Of a DNA stretch of 64,000 bases, positions 11,655-23,390 are shown one piece after another (the first letter of the stretch is position 1; each line of letters begins with the position of its first letter). The DNA lies in assembly GCA_965153455.1 (NCBI GenBank), contig OZ234494.1:10974001-11038000 (forward strand). Direction: 5' to 3'. The notes below the pieces were generated by a model. That model was given only the letters and a program-made list of their open reading frames with translations. It did no database searches and had not been told where the DNA came from. The DNA is from Sphagnum compactum (Eukaryota). The position numbers and the translations under genes were made by a program.

Positions 11655-12845
11655 AATCCAAGTAATTAAACTACTTGACTCTTTACACACACAAAACCAA
11701 GTGGTCAAACTACTTAACTCCTTACACACACAAAACCAAGTGGTCAAACTACTTAACTCCTTACATAAAAATAAATCAAGCAGTCAAATTGTTTGGTCCT
11801 CCTTGCACAAAAATAAACCAAGTAGTCAAATTGTTTGACTCCTGGGTGAAAGCATGCTAAAATATACAGAAAAAATTGCTAAAATATATCAAATTCAAAA
11901 AGAGGCAGTTTTTCACGAAAACACAAGAAAGTAGATTCTAACTTTAATTAAATTTCATTTTGAAACTATTGAACCCTCAATTGGGTTTATTATTAATCAA
12001 TTACAAAATTTCAAAAACTTTGGAATAATAAAAGTAGGGAATAAGTAGGTTTGAAATTGATTGGTCAATATGGTGTTCAAACCTACTTTTTCATTAGAAA
12101 ATTTAATGAAATATACATGTATGAAATTATAGCATAAAGATCATTCTATAGTCAAGGGCTTCACCAAAAAACAAATCTACTTTCTCTTTGGTAGATTATA
12201 CTTGACACCTACTTGAATCAAATGTTACACTATAGAAAGTAGGTTTTAAAAGTTACTTGCATTTAGAAAAGTTTACTTGAAACCTACTTTTACAATGAAT
12301 TTTTTTTAAATTAATGCATAATATGAAGAAGTATCTTGTTATTTATTATTCAACTAAAATTATTGAATGTATAACAATTTTGTGATGGGTTTTGGTCCTA
12401 CTTTTGTTCAGTTGACAAGTAAACTAGTAAGTACTTTTAGTTGTCCATTTTATTGTGTTTTCACCCTCCTTGCACAAAAGAAACAAAGCAATCAAATTAC
12501 TTGACTCCTTGCAGAAACAAAACCAAGCAATGAAGTTGCTTGACTCCTTGTACAAAAATAAATTAGAAGTAGTCAAATTGTTTAACTCCTTGCACAAACA
12601 AAACCAAGCACTCAAAGTATTTAGCTCCTTGCATAAACAAAACTAAGCATTCAAATGTTTAATTGACTCCTTGTGGAAACAAAACTAAGCACTCAAATTG
12701 ATTGAGTCTTTATAAAAACTTCATTAAGCAATCAAAGCAAATTTAATCCTTGTAAAACTCCCACCAAACAGTTTGTAAAAACTCCACCATGCCAAGTGGT
12801 CAAAACAAATTTAGTATTCTTTACAAACAAAACTAAAAACATTCA
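11655..12845. repeat. Two arrays of a degenerate 39-bp minisatellite (about 11655-11845 and about 12460-12845)
   Basis: Unit is roughly AAACTACTTGACTCCTTACACACACAAAACCAAGTGGTC. The period of 39 is visible at 11668 and 11707. Confidence 0.8.
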
Positions 12846-13077
12846 AGATTCAAATGCAATTGTAAGGTTCATAAAGTCCTTATAATCTACTATAAAATTC
12901 CACAGCCAAAAATAAACAATCATGCACTCATAGCCCGTGCCATTAAAAACAGATGATGCATGTAAACCTACCTCCTTGGGCTATGAGTATTGATCAAATA
13001 AGTTTCAACAATTGAACATAAACTTATATAACCACAAACATTATGTGAGTTGAAATCACCATGGACTCAAGAACAAA

Positions 13078-14320
13078 CACTAGTAGAAATCAGCCAAAAT
13101 GTAACCACTCCATTTATGACTACATGCAACTTGTAGTTGTTTGCGACTAGATTTGGGAATACTTGCAACTACAAGACCAAATTTCAACTATTTTGGTCAT
13201 TCTCACAACTATGATGCAACTATTAGAAATTTCATCCTATTGGTTTGATTATTTTACATTTATTTTCATCCATTAATAGGTTGATATGTCCCATTAGTCG
13301 CAATAGTCACCAAATTAGTTGCATCCTAAAGGTATTCTACTATAACATAGGGGTGTATTTTAATGTATGTACTAAATATATATATATATATATATATAGA
13401 TATATGTATATTATAAATGCATACGTATGTATATTGTTCATATAATGAATCTGAAAATTGTTATTTCAAATGTTTAAAACATTATTTGAATTTCAAATTT
13501 TAAATTCATATTTTAATTTTAAATTGATATTTTTGAATCCAAAAATTAGTATTTCAAATCAGAAATTATTAATTGATTATAAAAATGAACATTTTAATTT
13601 TGAATATTTTTATATGAATATGAAATTTTATATTTCAACTCTAAATTTTTTTCATTTAAATCTCAAATAATCATTTGATTTGAACCTGAAATTTCAATTC
13701 CAAATTATTATTTTGGATTCTCAAAATTAATACTTCCACTTTCAAAATTATTAATTCAGTCTAAAAATGGACAACTCAATTTTGAATATTTTTATTTCAA
13801 TCTAAAAATTGACATTTCAATTCTGGAAATTGTTATTTAAATTCAAAAAACTTATTTGATATCAAAATTGATATTTGAATTCTAAATTATGATTTTTGAA
13901 TCTAAAAATTAGTATCTCAATTCAAAAAAACTTATTGAGTTTAAAAATCGACATTTTGATTTTAAATACTTTTATTTGAACCTGAAATTTGATATTTGAA
14001 TTCTGAACTTTTAAATTTAAATTTTAAGAAATTATTTGACTTGAAAGTTGAAATTTGAATTCCAAATTATTATTTTAGATTTTCCAAATTAATATTTCAA
14101 TTCAGAAAATTATTAATTGACTTTTAAAATGGAGATTTTATTTTGAATATTATTATTTGAATCTGAAAATTGACATTTAAATTCTGAAATTTGTTATTTC
14201 ACTACAAAAAACTTATTTGATCTAAAAATTGATATTTCAATTTTGAATTACTATTTTGGAATCATAAATTTATGTTTTAATTCAAAACATTAGATTGAAT
14301 AAGGGTTTTTTCTACTAGTG
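13078..14320. mobile_element. CACTA-type non-autonomous element termini enclosing an AT-rich about 180-bp tandem array
   Basis: CACTAGTAGAAA at 13078 and TTTCTACTAGTG ending at 14320, with GCAACTA/GACTA subterminal repeats. No 3-bp TSD (AAA vs TTA), so the two ends may belong to different nested copies. Another degenerate right end lies near 23175. Confidence 0.55.
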
Positions 14321-17300
14321 TTATCCATAATAAATTACTTTTATAAATAATTATAAATGATTATGTCTATTAAATCTAAGTTACACTAAATAATTATTAT
14401 TATAACAAAGATTTGTATATTATCTAATTTATATTATAATATTAGAACAAATTAATTAATGTAATTAATGTGACATTATTTTAAAATCATTGCAATTACT
14501 TCAGATAAGAATGAATTAGTATGTGCATAATTATTATTTTTTTAAAAATAATTATTCACACTCTGTAATTTATAACTTCAAACCTAAATTACAAATTTGG
14601 AAAAATTATAGTGTAGTTAAATAATTATTTTACTGATTTTAATTTCACGGATTGTTATATAATAATAATTAAAAATTCTGTGATTATTCATCTATGATAA
14701 ATATTTTATAGTAACTTTACAGTAATTATGAAAATTAATGTTATGTTTAACAAATTATTGTATTTATAATTACCAAAAGAAAGAATATTCAACCTATAAA
14801 TAATTTTTACCAAAATAAATGTAATTATATAATAATAAATGTAATTAGTTGAATAACAATTTTTAAAAATTTGTGTAAGAATTTACTTTCTAATAACAAT
14901 TTTTACTTCATTACTTACAATTTTAACATAAATATTTAAAATAGTTAATTTTTTAATTATAATCATTAAATTAGTTTTACATTAATTATATTATATATAC
15001 TTCGATCAGATTCTAAAAAGTAATAAAATCTTTAAAATATTTTAGTTATCTAATTACTTATGAATTATGTATTAATAACTTGTGAGTAACTAGATAGCTA
15101 GTTTGTTAAATATTAAGAAGTTATTGCTTATTTAAGTAATTGATAATGAATACTGAATATTTGTAGTGTATAATTTATAATTTAAATATATGTAAATTTA
15201 ATCATTATTAATTAAATGATTATCTAATTATCTAATACTTGAATTGTTTAGAAATCTAAAAACTAAGAAAGTAAAGCATGAAGAAAGTTTTGGAATTACA
15301 ACTTAGTTTGTGAAGAAGTTATAACTTCAAAACTTATCCCGTATTGTTTGTTCTTCATTCCTATTTTGAACACTATATAAACAAGGGGGTGTGGTCATCC
15401 AATTTCACATTAAAAAAATTATGCACATGGGATGAGCTAATCAAAAGGTTCAACCCAAAACAAAAAACAAATTATGCACATTTCTAAAGTACTTACTTAT
15501 GTGACAAAAAAAATTCACCCAAAGCTCATTTTCTTTGTATTTGTTTTAAACCTTGGAAGGACCAAATAGTTGAACAACATTCAATCCAAGTAATTGTTGT
15601 ATCTTTACCTAAACCTCATTTTTAAAAATGTTATATAAACATGTGCATAAACCTAACATAAAATGATTTTTTTCCATAGTGATATGGACTTAAGAAAATA
15701 TCCAAATTTTTAACACTAACACAAAAGAACAAAATGTCAATTAAGAATAATTTACAATTGACATGCAACAAAAACAATTAATTTTGATTTTATTGATATA
15801 CTTTCTACTCGAAATGGATCCTAAAAATCATGATATCAATCATTGGACCATTTTGAAGTCCATATAAAAAACCTACTTTTGGGGTGCATAATCTATTTAA
15901 TGCATTTATAATTTTATACAACACAAACTTACTAGGTTTTATAGGTATATACAATTTTTTTGCAAAATTTAGTTTTCATAGGTTCATAAAAAAGTGCATG
16001 AATTTCATATCACAAATTTACTAAACTTCATGCGTTCGTGCAAAATTTTGGGTGAAATTCAATTTTCTTAGGTTCGTACAAAAATCACATGAATTTCATG
16101 TTATGGTTAATATTAACGATATTTGTACATATTCAATATATTAAATAATCAAATGGTTCATACATTGTTTTTTAATGACATACCTGAATATTCATGTTTA
16201 ATATAGAAAAATCCATAGTTTTACACAAATCACATTACGATAATTGCACAGATTTAGGTTAAATTTAAATCATATTTACTTCACATCAAACATCATAAGT
16301 AAAAAAAGACGCATCATATGTATATATTTCTTGACATTTTTACATTTTGAAACCCATGGATTTTGCACACACATATTGTTTTACAATTTTTACACTGATT
16401 TTATTGAAATTTTGTGATATTGAAAATTTGTGATGTAAATCTTTTACTTTTTAAAATTTTACATAATAAATACTTACATCATATGCATACTCAAATGAAT
16501 AAAGTAAATCCTTATTGAGAAAAATTGACATGTAAAATAAAAATTAACCATTGGAATTACATTCGTATCACAAAAATTGACATTGTGATGCCAATAAAAA
16601 AACAATTTACATTGATCAACCTTAGGAGGTTAGGTTCTAGGCAAGGTAGGTTTAATAAGGTAGGTTAAGGTTGACACATTTTACATGCCTACCTACTTTT
16701 ACCTTATTAGTAAGTAGGCCATCTATTTGTGTTAGGTAGATTTGTAAGTAGGCCATATATCTAAATATGTTAATCTACGATTCTTGTTTTTTTTAATGCA
16801 AATAACCAAAAAGTAGATCTTAATATAGAAAATGTTGAAATATTTTTTAGTTTAAGGATCAATATGAAGATTTTTAAAACTTTAGTATAATATTACTTTT
16901 TATGTTATTAAAATTAATTTTAGTAGAGTTTTGAAAATACAAATAAATGCAAATAGATGTCCAAATTGATTCAAATAAATGAAAATAAGATTTTAATTAC
17001 ATTTTTGGGCACTTCAAGTTCATGGCACATTAAAATGTATTAATTACTTTAAAAAATTTCATAGTAAAGGCCATATTTTGTCAATTTTTTAACTTGAAAA
17101 TAAGTTTTGGCACATTTTACTTAATTGGTTTGAAATTTATTTCTTACATTTTTTTTTTACATTAAACTTTTTGAAACTTTGTACATAATTTACTTCAAAT
17201 TTAATGAATGCATGATGGTTTCATAATGATACTTGAAGAGGTTATGAATTTATTTTCTTATATTTATATAAAAATAATGGATTGTAATGTTGAAGAATAT

Positions 17301-17773
17301 TTTTTTGGCCTACTTTTGCATGCTTGCTTTCATAGGTATGTACATAGGTAACGAGTGGATAGTTTGTAGGTAGGTAAGTAAGTAATTAGGTAATATACTT
17401 AGGTTAGGTAAATGTTTTGTTTAGGTTAGTAGATTTAGATAAGTAGGTCATCTATCTATTTACAATAGTAAATTGCTTATATTTTGCAACTACCAATTTT
17501 GTGATTACATGTGACTATGTGTCATTTCCAACTATTCTTGTAGTTACTAAATACATTTGAAAATTTTGTGACTATTTTCATCACAAATAGGTAATAAATC
17601 CCGTTAGTTGCATTAAAAATTGAAAGTTAATTGTAAATAATTTGACATAGTTGTACTAGGATACATTAAAGGTACAATTCTAAGGGTGTATTAAAATTAT
17701 ATTTCATATATATTAATAGTCTATTATGAATAGGTTTAAGGTATTGCTAATGTTTATAATGAAGTTCTATGTG

Positions 17774-18413
17774 AACCCATCCTTGGGTGGTACCACTAGG
17801 AATCACCTCAAGGAATCGTTAAGGAACCAAGAATAGCCAAATCATTTTTCTAGGCCCTTTTCATTAAATGTTTTCACAACTATAATTTTTTTTTTTCATG
17901 TTTATCAACTGCATGCTTTAATATATGGCTTGAAGTTTATTTGAGAATTTTAAAAATTTATACTTTTATAAAATTTATATTCTTAATTAAAATGGCCTCT
18001 TGAAAAAATCAATAGCTTCAACTTTGGAAATTCATAACTAAATCCTATTAAATCAATTAATTTCCAAATAAAAACTTAAAAATAAAATGACTTCCAAATT
18101 ACATTAGAAAAAACATTCATAATTTTTTTATAAAATCATGTTTGAAATTTTTATTCCTAACAAGAAAGTTCAAGGAAAAAAACCAACGTTACATTCTTGA
18201 AACTTTGTTTTAAATGTAGTGATTAAAAACATCAATATAAACAACATTTTTGATATTATTAGGTTTTCAAAATCTATGGAACCTAATAAATTTAGTCATA
18301 AATTGTTTTTCATGAAAATGCTCAATTAAATGTTTCTTATCATTTTCAAAGTTTAATGGGTCTAGGAAAATCAAGGTGTGATGTTTTTAGGGGTACCACC
18401 CAAGGATGGGCTT
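17774..18413. mobile_element. MITE-like element with about 30-bp terminal inverted repeats
   Basis: AACCCATCCTTGGGTGGTACCACTAGGAATCAC at the left end and its inverted copy GTGATGTTTTTAGGGGTACCACCCAAGGATGGGCTT at the right. AT-rich interior; no clear TSD. Confidence 0.6.
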
Positions 18414-18654
18414 GCCCTTCTATTAAAGTTATAAGGTATATTAAAGTTGTGTAAATGTACTAAGGTTATTATTATTGTAAATGTGTTCCATGTATATTGA
18501 ACTTGTATTACATGTATAATCATGGCTAAATTAAAGGTGTCAAATATAAACCAAACTTTAACCAAGTTTTTACCAATGTTTTACAAAAAAATTGTTTTAT
18601 TCAAACAAGTTTTAATTTAGCCAAGGTTTCATCATTTAAAAAAATAAAATCCAA

Positions 18655-21600
18655 TGTAACACGAAATTAGGTCGCCACGCCAGTGTGAACACTGTCTGAT
18701 CTTGGGATTTAATTTTGTTTTATTAGCCGTCATTTTGCTGCGGCAGTCTCTCCATTACTTCTGCATGGAAGTGCATGGGAAGGTTTCTCTCTGGGTGTGT
18801 GTGAGATGTTATACAGGAAGGAGACAGCGCGAATGATGGTAAGGAGTGGAGCTGCATTAATGAGCCGGAGTGGAAAGCACGGCGGCGGCTGAGTGAGGGA
18901 AGCTTGTGATGGAAGCTAGGAAGAAAGCGTGGAGGAGGAGGAGCTGCAGAGGAAGCAGGGTGGCTGGTTTTTGTGAGAGATCGGTAGATCAACACTAGAG
19001 ATGAGAGGATAGGCAGATAGATAGAAAAAGAGCATTTTTGAGGAAGAGCAAGCAGAGAAGCTTGGAGGATAGCTAGAGAGGTCTGAGATAGACTGAGAGG
19101 TTTGATTTTTGGAGAGCGTTTTGAGCTCGGGAGTTGTTTCTGGATCCTGGCTGATCATTGCTTAAGGAGGCCGAGATAGAGCTGAAGAGGTCAGATGAGC
19201 TTAGAAGAGTATAGACGTATCACTCTGTATGTCTGTTTTTGTGGAGCACTTGGCTGTGTTGCTGAAACTTTCCGCTGCGCTAGCGACTTAGCTGAGTGGG
19301 ATGCATGATTTTGATGAGCACACCGGAGTGGGGAAGCTTGTGCTGTCGGGGAGATTCTGTGAATTATGAGCTATGAATTTAAATCTCTGAAATTCTGTCT
19401 TGTTGTTTTGCATGAGTAGACATGTGTCTGAGGAAGTTCAATGAAGGGGCTTTTGCATCGGTGATGTGTGCATCTCATTAGCTTTTAGTAGGACTAGAAG
19501 ACAGAAGCTCTGGACTTAGATTAGCGCAATTGTCATGTTGTTTGTTTAATAGACGAACACCCATTCGTATTTCTGTCAGGGTGAACTCAACAAAGGGGTC
19601 GAGTCGTTGTTTGACCTTTCCCTTTTCTTTTCTGATCTCAGCCAACGTTCTCTGTTCCCCGAAATGCCCCAGATCTTCATGCATTTGACTCACCAGGGAT
19701 ATCCTTTCTTCCGGCTTGGGCACAAGTAACCCCTTGAAGTAAACCCTCTACTCTTTCCAGCAGTAATTGCTCACCCTCTTTCTGGCCCTCTTGCTCTCCT
19801 CAAGGTCTACTGTATCGGGCAGTACACCTTCTTTCAATAATCCCAAACAAACTGCATCTTTCCAGATGTCAATGCACCTCGCATCCACTTCCTGATCTTC
19901 CTCATCATCAGATTCGGTAGGACTCAACTCATGGTCCCTAAACTCAGCTAGTTCCTGAGCCTCCAATACCAGGTCCAGTTGCTGCCGCTTGTCAAAGTAC
20001 TGGGGTCTCCTTCTCTTCACCACCATTCTCTCACCATCGTCCTGCACAAGCTCACCCCCATTTGCAGCTTCTGCTTCACCTGAAACAACCTCCTTGGGCT
20101 GCTTTTCTCCTGATACAACGTCAACTACATACAGCTGATGGCTGCCGTCATACCTACAGTGGTTAATCCCGAAACAACAGGTACGGTGTTGTACTAGCTC
20201 CCTATCCCTTCTCCTGACACTGAACCATTCTGTTTCCTTGCCTGTCCGAACACAGAGAAACTCCTCTTCTCCTGTATGTGCATCAGTTTGAGTGCCTGCA
20301 ATGTCTTGTATCTCTTCACTGAAGTCATCGTCATCAGCAGCTGGTCCAACTGGATTCTTACTCAAAGCATCGACATTTGTATGCTTGAGTCCTGGTCGGT
20401 GTATTATCTTTAAGCTAAAATCCTGTAACATATCTACCCACCTTCCTTTCCTGCCATGCGCATTTGACACCGTAGCCAACCATTCCAGCGGCTTGTGGTC
20501 TGTGCGTAGAATAAAATGATTTATGTGCAAGTACTGCCTGAAATGCATGACGCCCCAGATCAGCGCGTATCATTCCCCTTCCATGGGATGGAACTTCCTC
20601 TGTGCCTCTGTTAGGCTTTTGCTGGCGTACGCTACCACCTTTTCAAACCTCCCTTCTTTCTGTGACAATATAGCTCCAACACCCTTGGGCGACCAGTCTA
20701 CGTCCAGCCAGAATGTTCTTTTGAAATCTGGTCGTGTGAGCACAGGCGCGCCCACCAGCGCTGCCTTTAACGCTTGGTATGCCTGTTGACAGCCCACATC
20801 CCACACAAATGCAACGTCCTTCCTTGTTAACTCAAACAAAGGACCTGCCAATCTCGAATAGCCTCGAATATACTTTCGGTAGTAACCTGTCAGACCTAAG
20901 AACGACCTGACATTTGTGACTATCTTCGGTGTTGGGAAATGCAGAACTGCTTCGATTTTCCCAGGATCCGGTCTGGTGCCCTCCTTGCTTACCACATGGC
21001 CCAGAAATGTAATAGTCTTAGCAACAAAGCAACACTTGTTTGGGTTCAGTTTAAGATTCACTTCCCTGAGTTTGCAGAGAACTGTATCCAGATGTTGAAG
21101 ATGCTCCCCTCAACTCTTGTTGTGTACATTGAGGTCATCAACGAATACCTTCAGAAACTTGTTGCCCAAATCCTTAAAGACCTCTGACATAGTTCGGGTG
21201 AACGTACTCATTGCGTTCTTCAGTCCGAATGGCATAACTGTCCAGTCATACAATCCAGTCTTAGTAATCAGAGCGGTCTTTTTCATGTCCTCTGGAGCCA
21301 TCCGAATTTGCCAAAAACCAGACTGCAAATCTAAGGCAGTGAACCATGATGAGTCTCCCAGCTGATCAATCACATCCTCCACGAGTGGCATCGGAAATGA
21401 ATCTCGACGCGTTTGTGCGTTAAGTGGCCGATAGTCTCCACAGAAACGCCTGCTCCCATCTTTCTTCACTGGCGGAGTCACCCGACAGGCATACTCAGAG
21501 TTGCTAGGCCTCATCTTACCCAACTTTACCAGGACATCTATTTGCCTTTTTACTTCAGCCTCCTCCCAGTAAGATAATCGACCAGGAGATGCTTTGCAAG

Positions 21601-21692
21601 GTGGGAATCCTTGCGTATCTATACAATGCTCCCCAATGGTGCAACAGCCTAGTTCTCCCTTGTTCCAAGCAAAGACATCTTGGTAGGTTACA
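18655..21692 (-). mobile_element. Rearranged Ty3/Gypsy LTR retrotransposon (non-chromovirus, Phygy-like): LTR-like block plus RT-RNaseH-partial integrase
   Basis: Termini TGTAAC...GTTACA are flanked by CCAA on both sides (18651-18654 and 21693-21696). LTR-like non-coding block at about 18655-19630; pol relic at about 19630-21690. Confidence 0.85.
19630..21690 (-). pseudogene. pol: Gypsy pol relic (RT, RNase H, integrase HH zinc-binding start)
   Basis: Four ORF-track pieces share one frame, broken by 3 nonsense codons (21110, 20570, 19748). RT motifs: RFCGDYRPLN, LDLQSGFWQI, MPFGLKNA, FVDD, FLGH. RNase H motifs: DVDWS..GVGAILSQ, TDHKPL, NVDALS. Integrase motif: MHEDLGHFGEQRT. Confidence 0.92.
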
Positions 21693-23325
21693 CCAAAACT
21701 AACCAAAATTTTGTTTTGCCACATTTTAACCAAGCTTTAACTAAATTTGTATTTAATAAAGATTTGGCCAAGTTTTAATTAATCAAGTTTTAACCAATTT
21801 TTTGTTTCATCAAAGATTAGCCAAATTTTATTCAAGGTTTAGCTAAGTTTTAGTTTTGCAAAAGTTTATCCAAGGTTTAACCAATTTTTTTTGTTTTGCC
21901 AAAGTTTTAGTTTAACCAAACTTTAGCCAAATTTTAATCAATTTATTTTCACCAAAATTTAGTTTATCCAAAGTTTAATCAATTTCTTTTCACCAAAATT
22001 TAATTGATACAATGCTTAATTAAGGTTTAGTTTAATTATAATTTAACTGAGGTTTCTCTAAGGCTTACCCTAGGTCCCATGTGGCATACTTAGTTTAGGC
22101 ATAAATGTTATGCATGTTTATCTTAGGTGCAAAGTAGGTTGTTTTAATTAATAGGGTAGGTTAATTAATATGTAATAAGTTAGGCTACGTATTAATTGGT
22201 AGGTAGTACCTTAAGTTAAATAAGTTAATTGTATGTATGTATATGTTAATTAGGTTGAAAGTTTAGTTAAGAAGGTAAGTTAATAGGTTAAGTGCGTAAT
22301 TTGGCTAAGTTATAAACTAGGGGTAGGTATTTAGGTAAGGCTTAAGTAGGTAGGTAGGCAAGGACTTAGTAGATAAGTAGTAATTTTAACACTTTTTTTA
22401 ATTTTATTTTGAGACTATAAAGTTTATTATGCACATCTATTTATGTAGTTACAACATTGAAAAAAAGAAAAAAGATATGGGATAATGTTTTTTAGTCACA
22501 ACTTAGTTGCAAATAGTTTATGATTAGGTTGTGACTATTAAATTTATCCCATATTTTTGTCCTCCATATCAATATTATAAACTATATAAGAAGGTGCATT
22601 TGAAATATTGAAAACACACAAACAACATTTTTTAAAAAACAAATTTGGGATGCATTAATAAAAATAACTTGACTTTAAAGTCTAAACCCAATTTTTTTTG
22701 AAAAAAAAAAAACTTATTTATCTATCTATTTAGCTACCCATTTACCTACCTAAATTGAATTTTTTAATTCATATCTTTTAAAATTCTAACATTAAGGCAC
22801 ATGGCAAAATGTGATTGGTGCACATTGCATAATATTAGACAATCTAGTTTTGACAAATGAAATAAAAGTTTTTATTAAATTTTCATAATTTAAATTTATA
22901 TATGCATTTAAACATGGTAATGTGTAATTAGTTGTATTATAATTGCAAATAATGGTAAGTAGTTATAAATAATTATATGGTCAAAGAATGGAATATATGT
23001 TTGAATGTATATTTCGTCCATGGGACATTTGCTAATGTCATGTTTAGATCATATTTGTGACTACATGTTGAGTACAACCACATTTATGTAATTAATGGAA
23101 AATATAATTAAGGTAATGATCTATGACTCGTTTCTAATCACAAATTGAAGTTACAAAATGCGGTTTTTCTAGTAAAGTTACTTACTTGCTTATAAGCACC
23201 CACCTACCTACATGCACACACCTATTTATAAGTTGTTTACATATTATCTACCTTCCTATTCACATATTTAATGTATGTAACAAGATATGAAATAAATAAA
23301 TTTCAATAAAATTTGTCACCATATA

Positions 23326-23390
23326 ATTGTTTGGTACAATGGTTAAGGACTTGGTTTATCTTCATGAAGGTGAAGGATTCAAGTTTTTAT
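23326..23390 (+). other. Degenerate tRNA-derived (SINE-head-like) module
   Basis: TGGTACAATGGTTAAGGACTTGGTTTA..GGATTCAAGT is homologous to the minus-strand copy at 33932-33998, with A-box- and B-box-like motifs. Confidence 0.45.

Noticed and set aside
11655..12845. 39-bp repeats as a CRISPR array or repeat-protein ORF (TPYTHKTKWSNYL)
   Set aside because: The units are contiguous and degenerate with no unique spacers, there are no cas genes, and the context is eukaryotic. The ORFs are a by-product of the 39-bp period.
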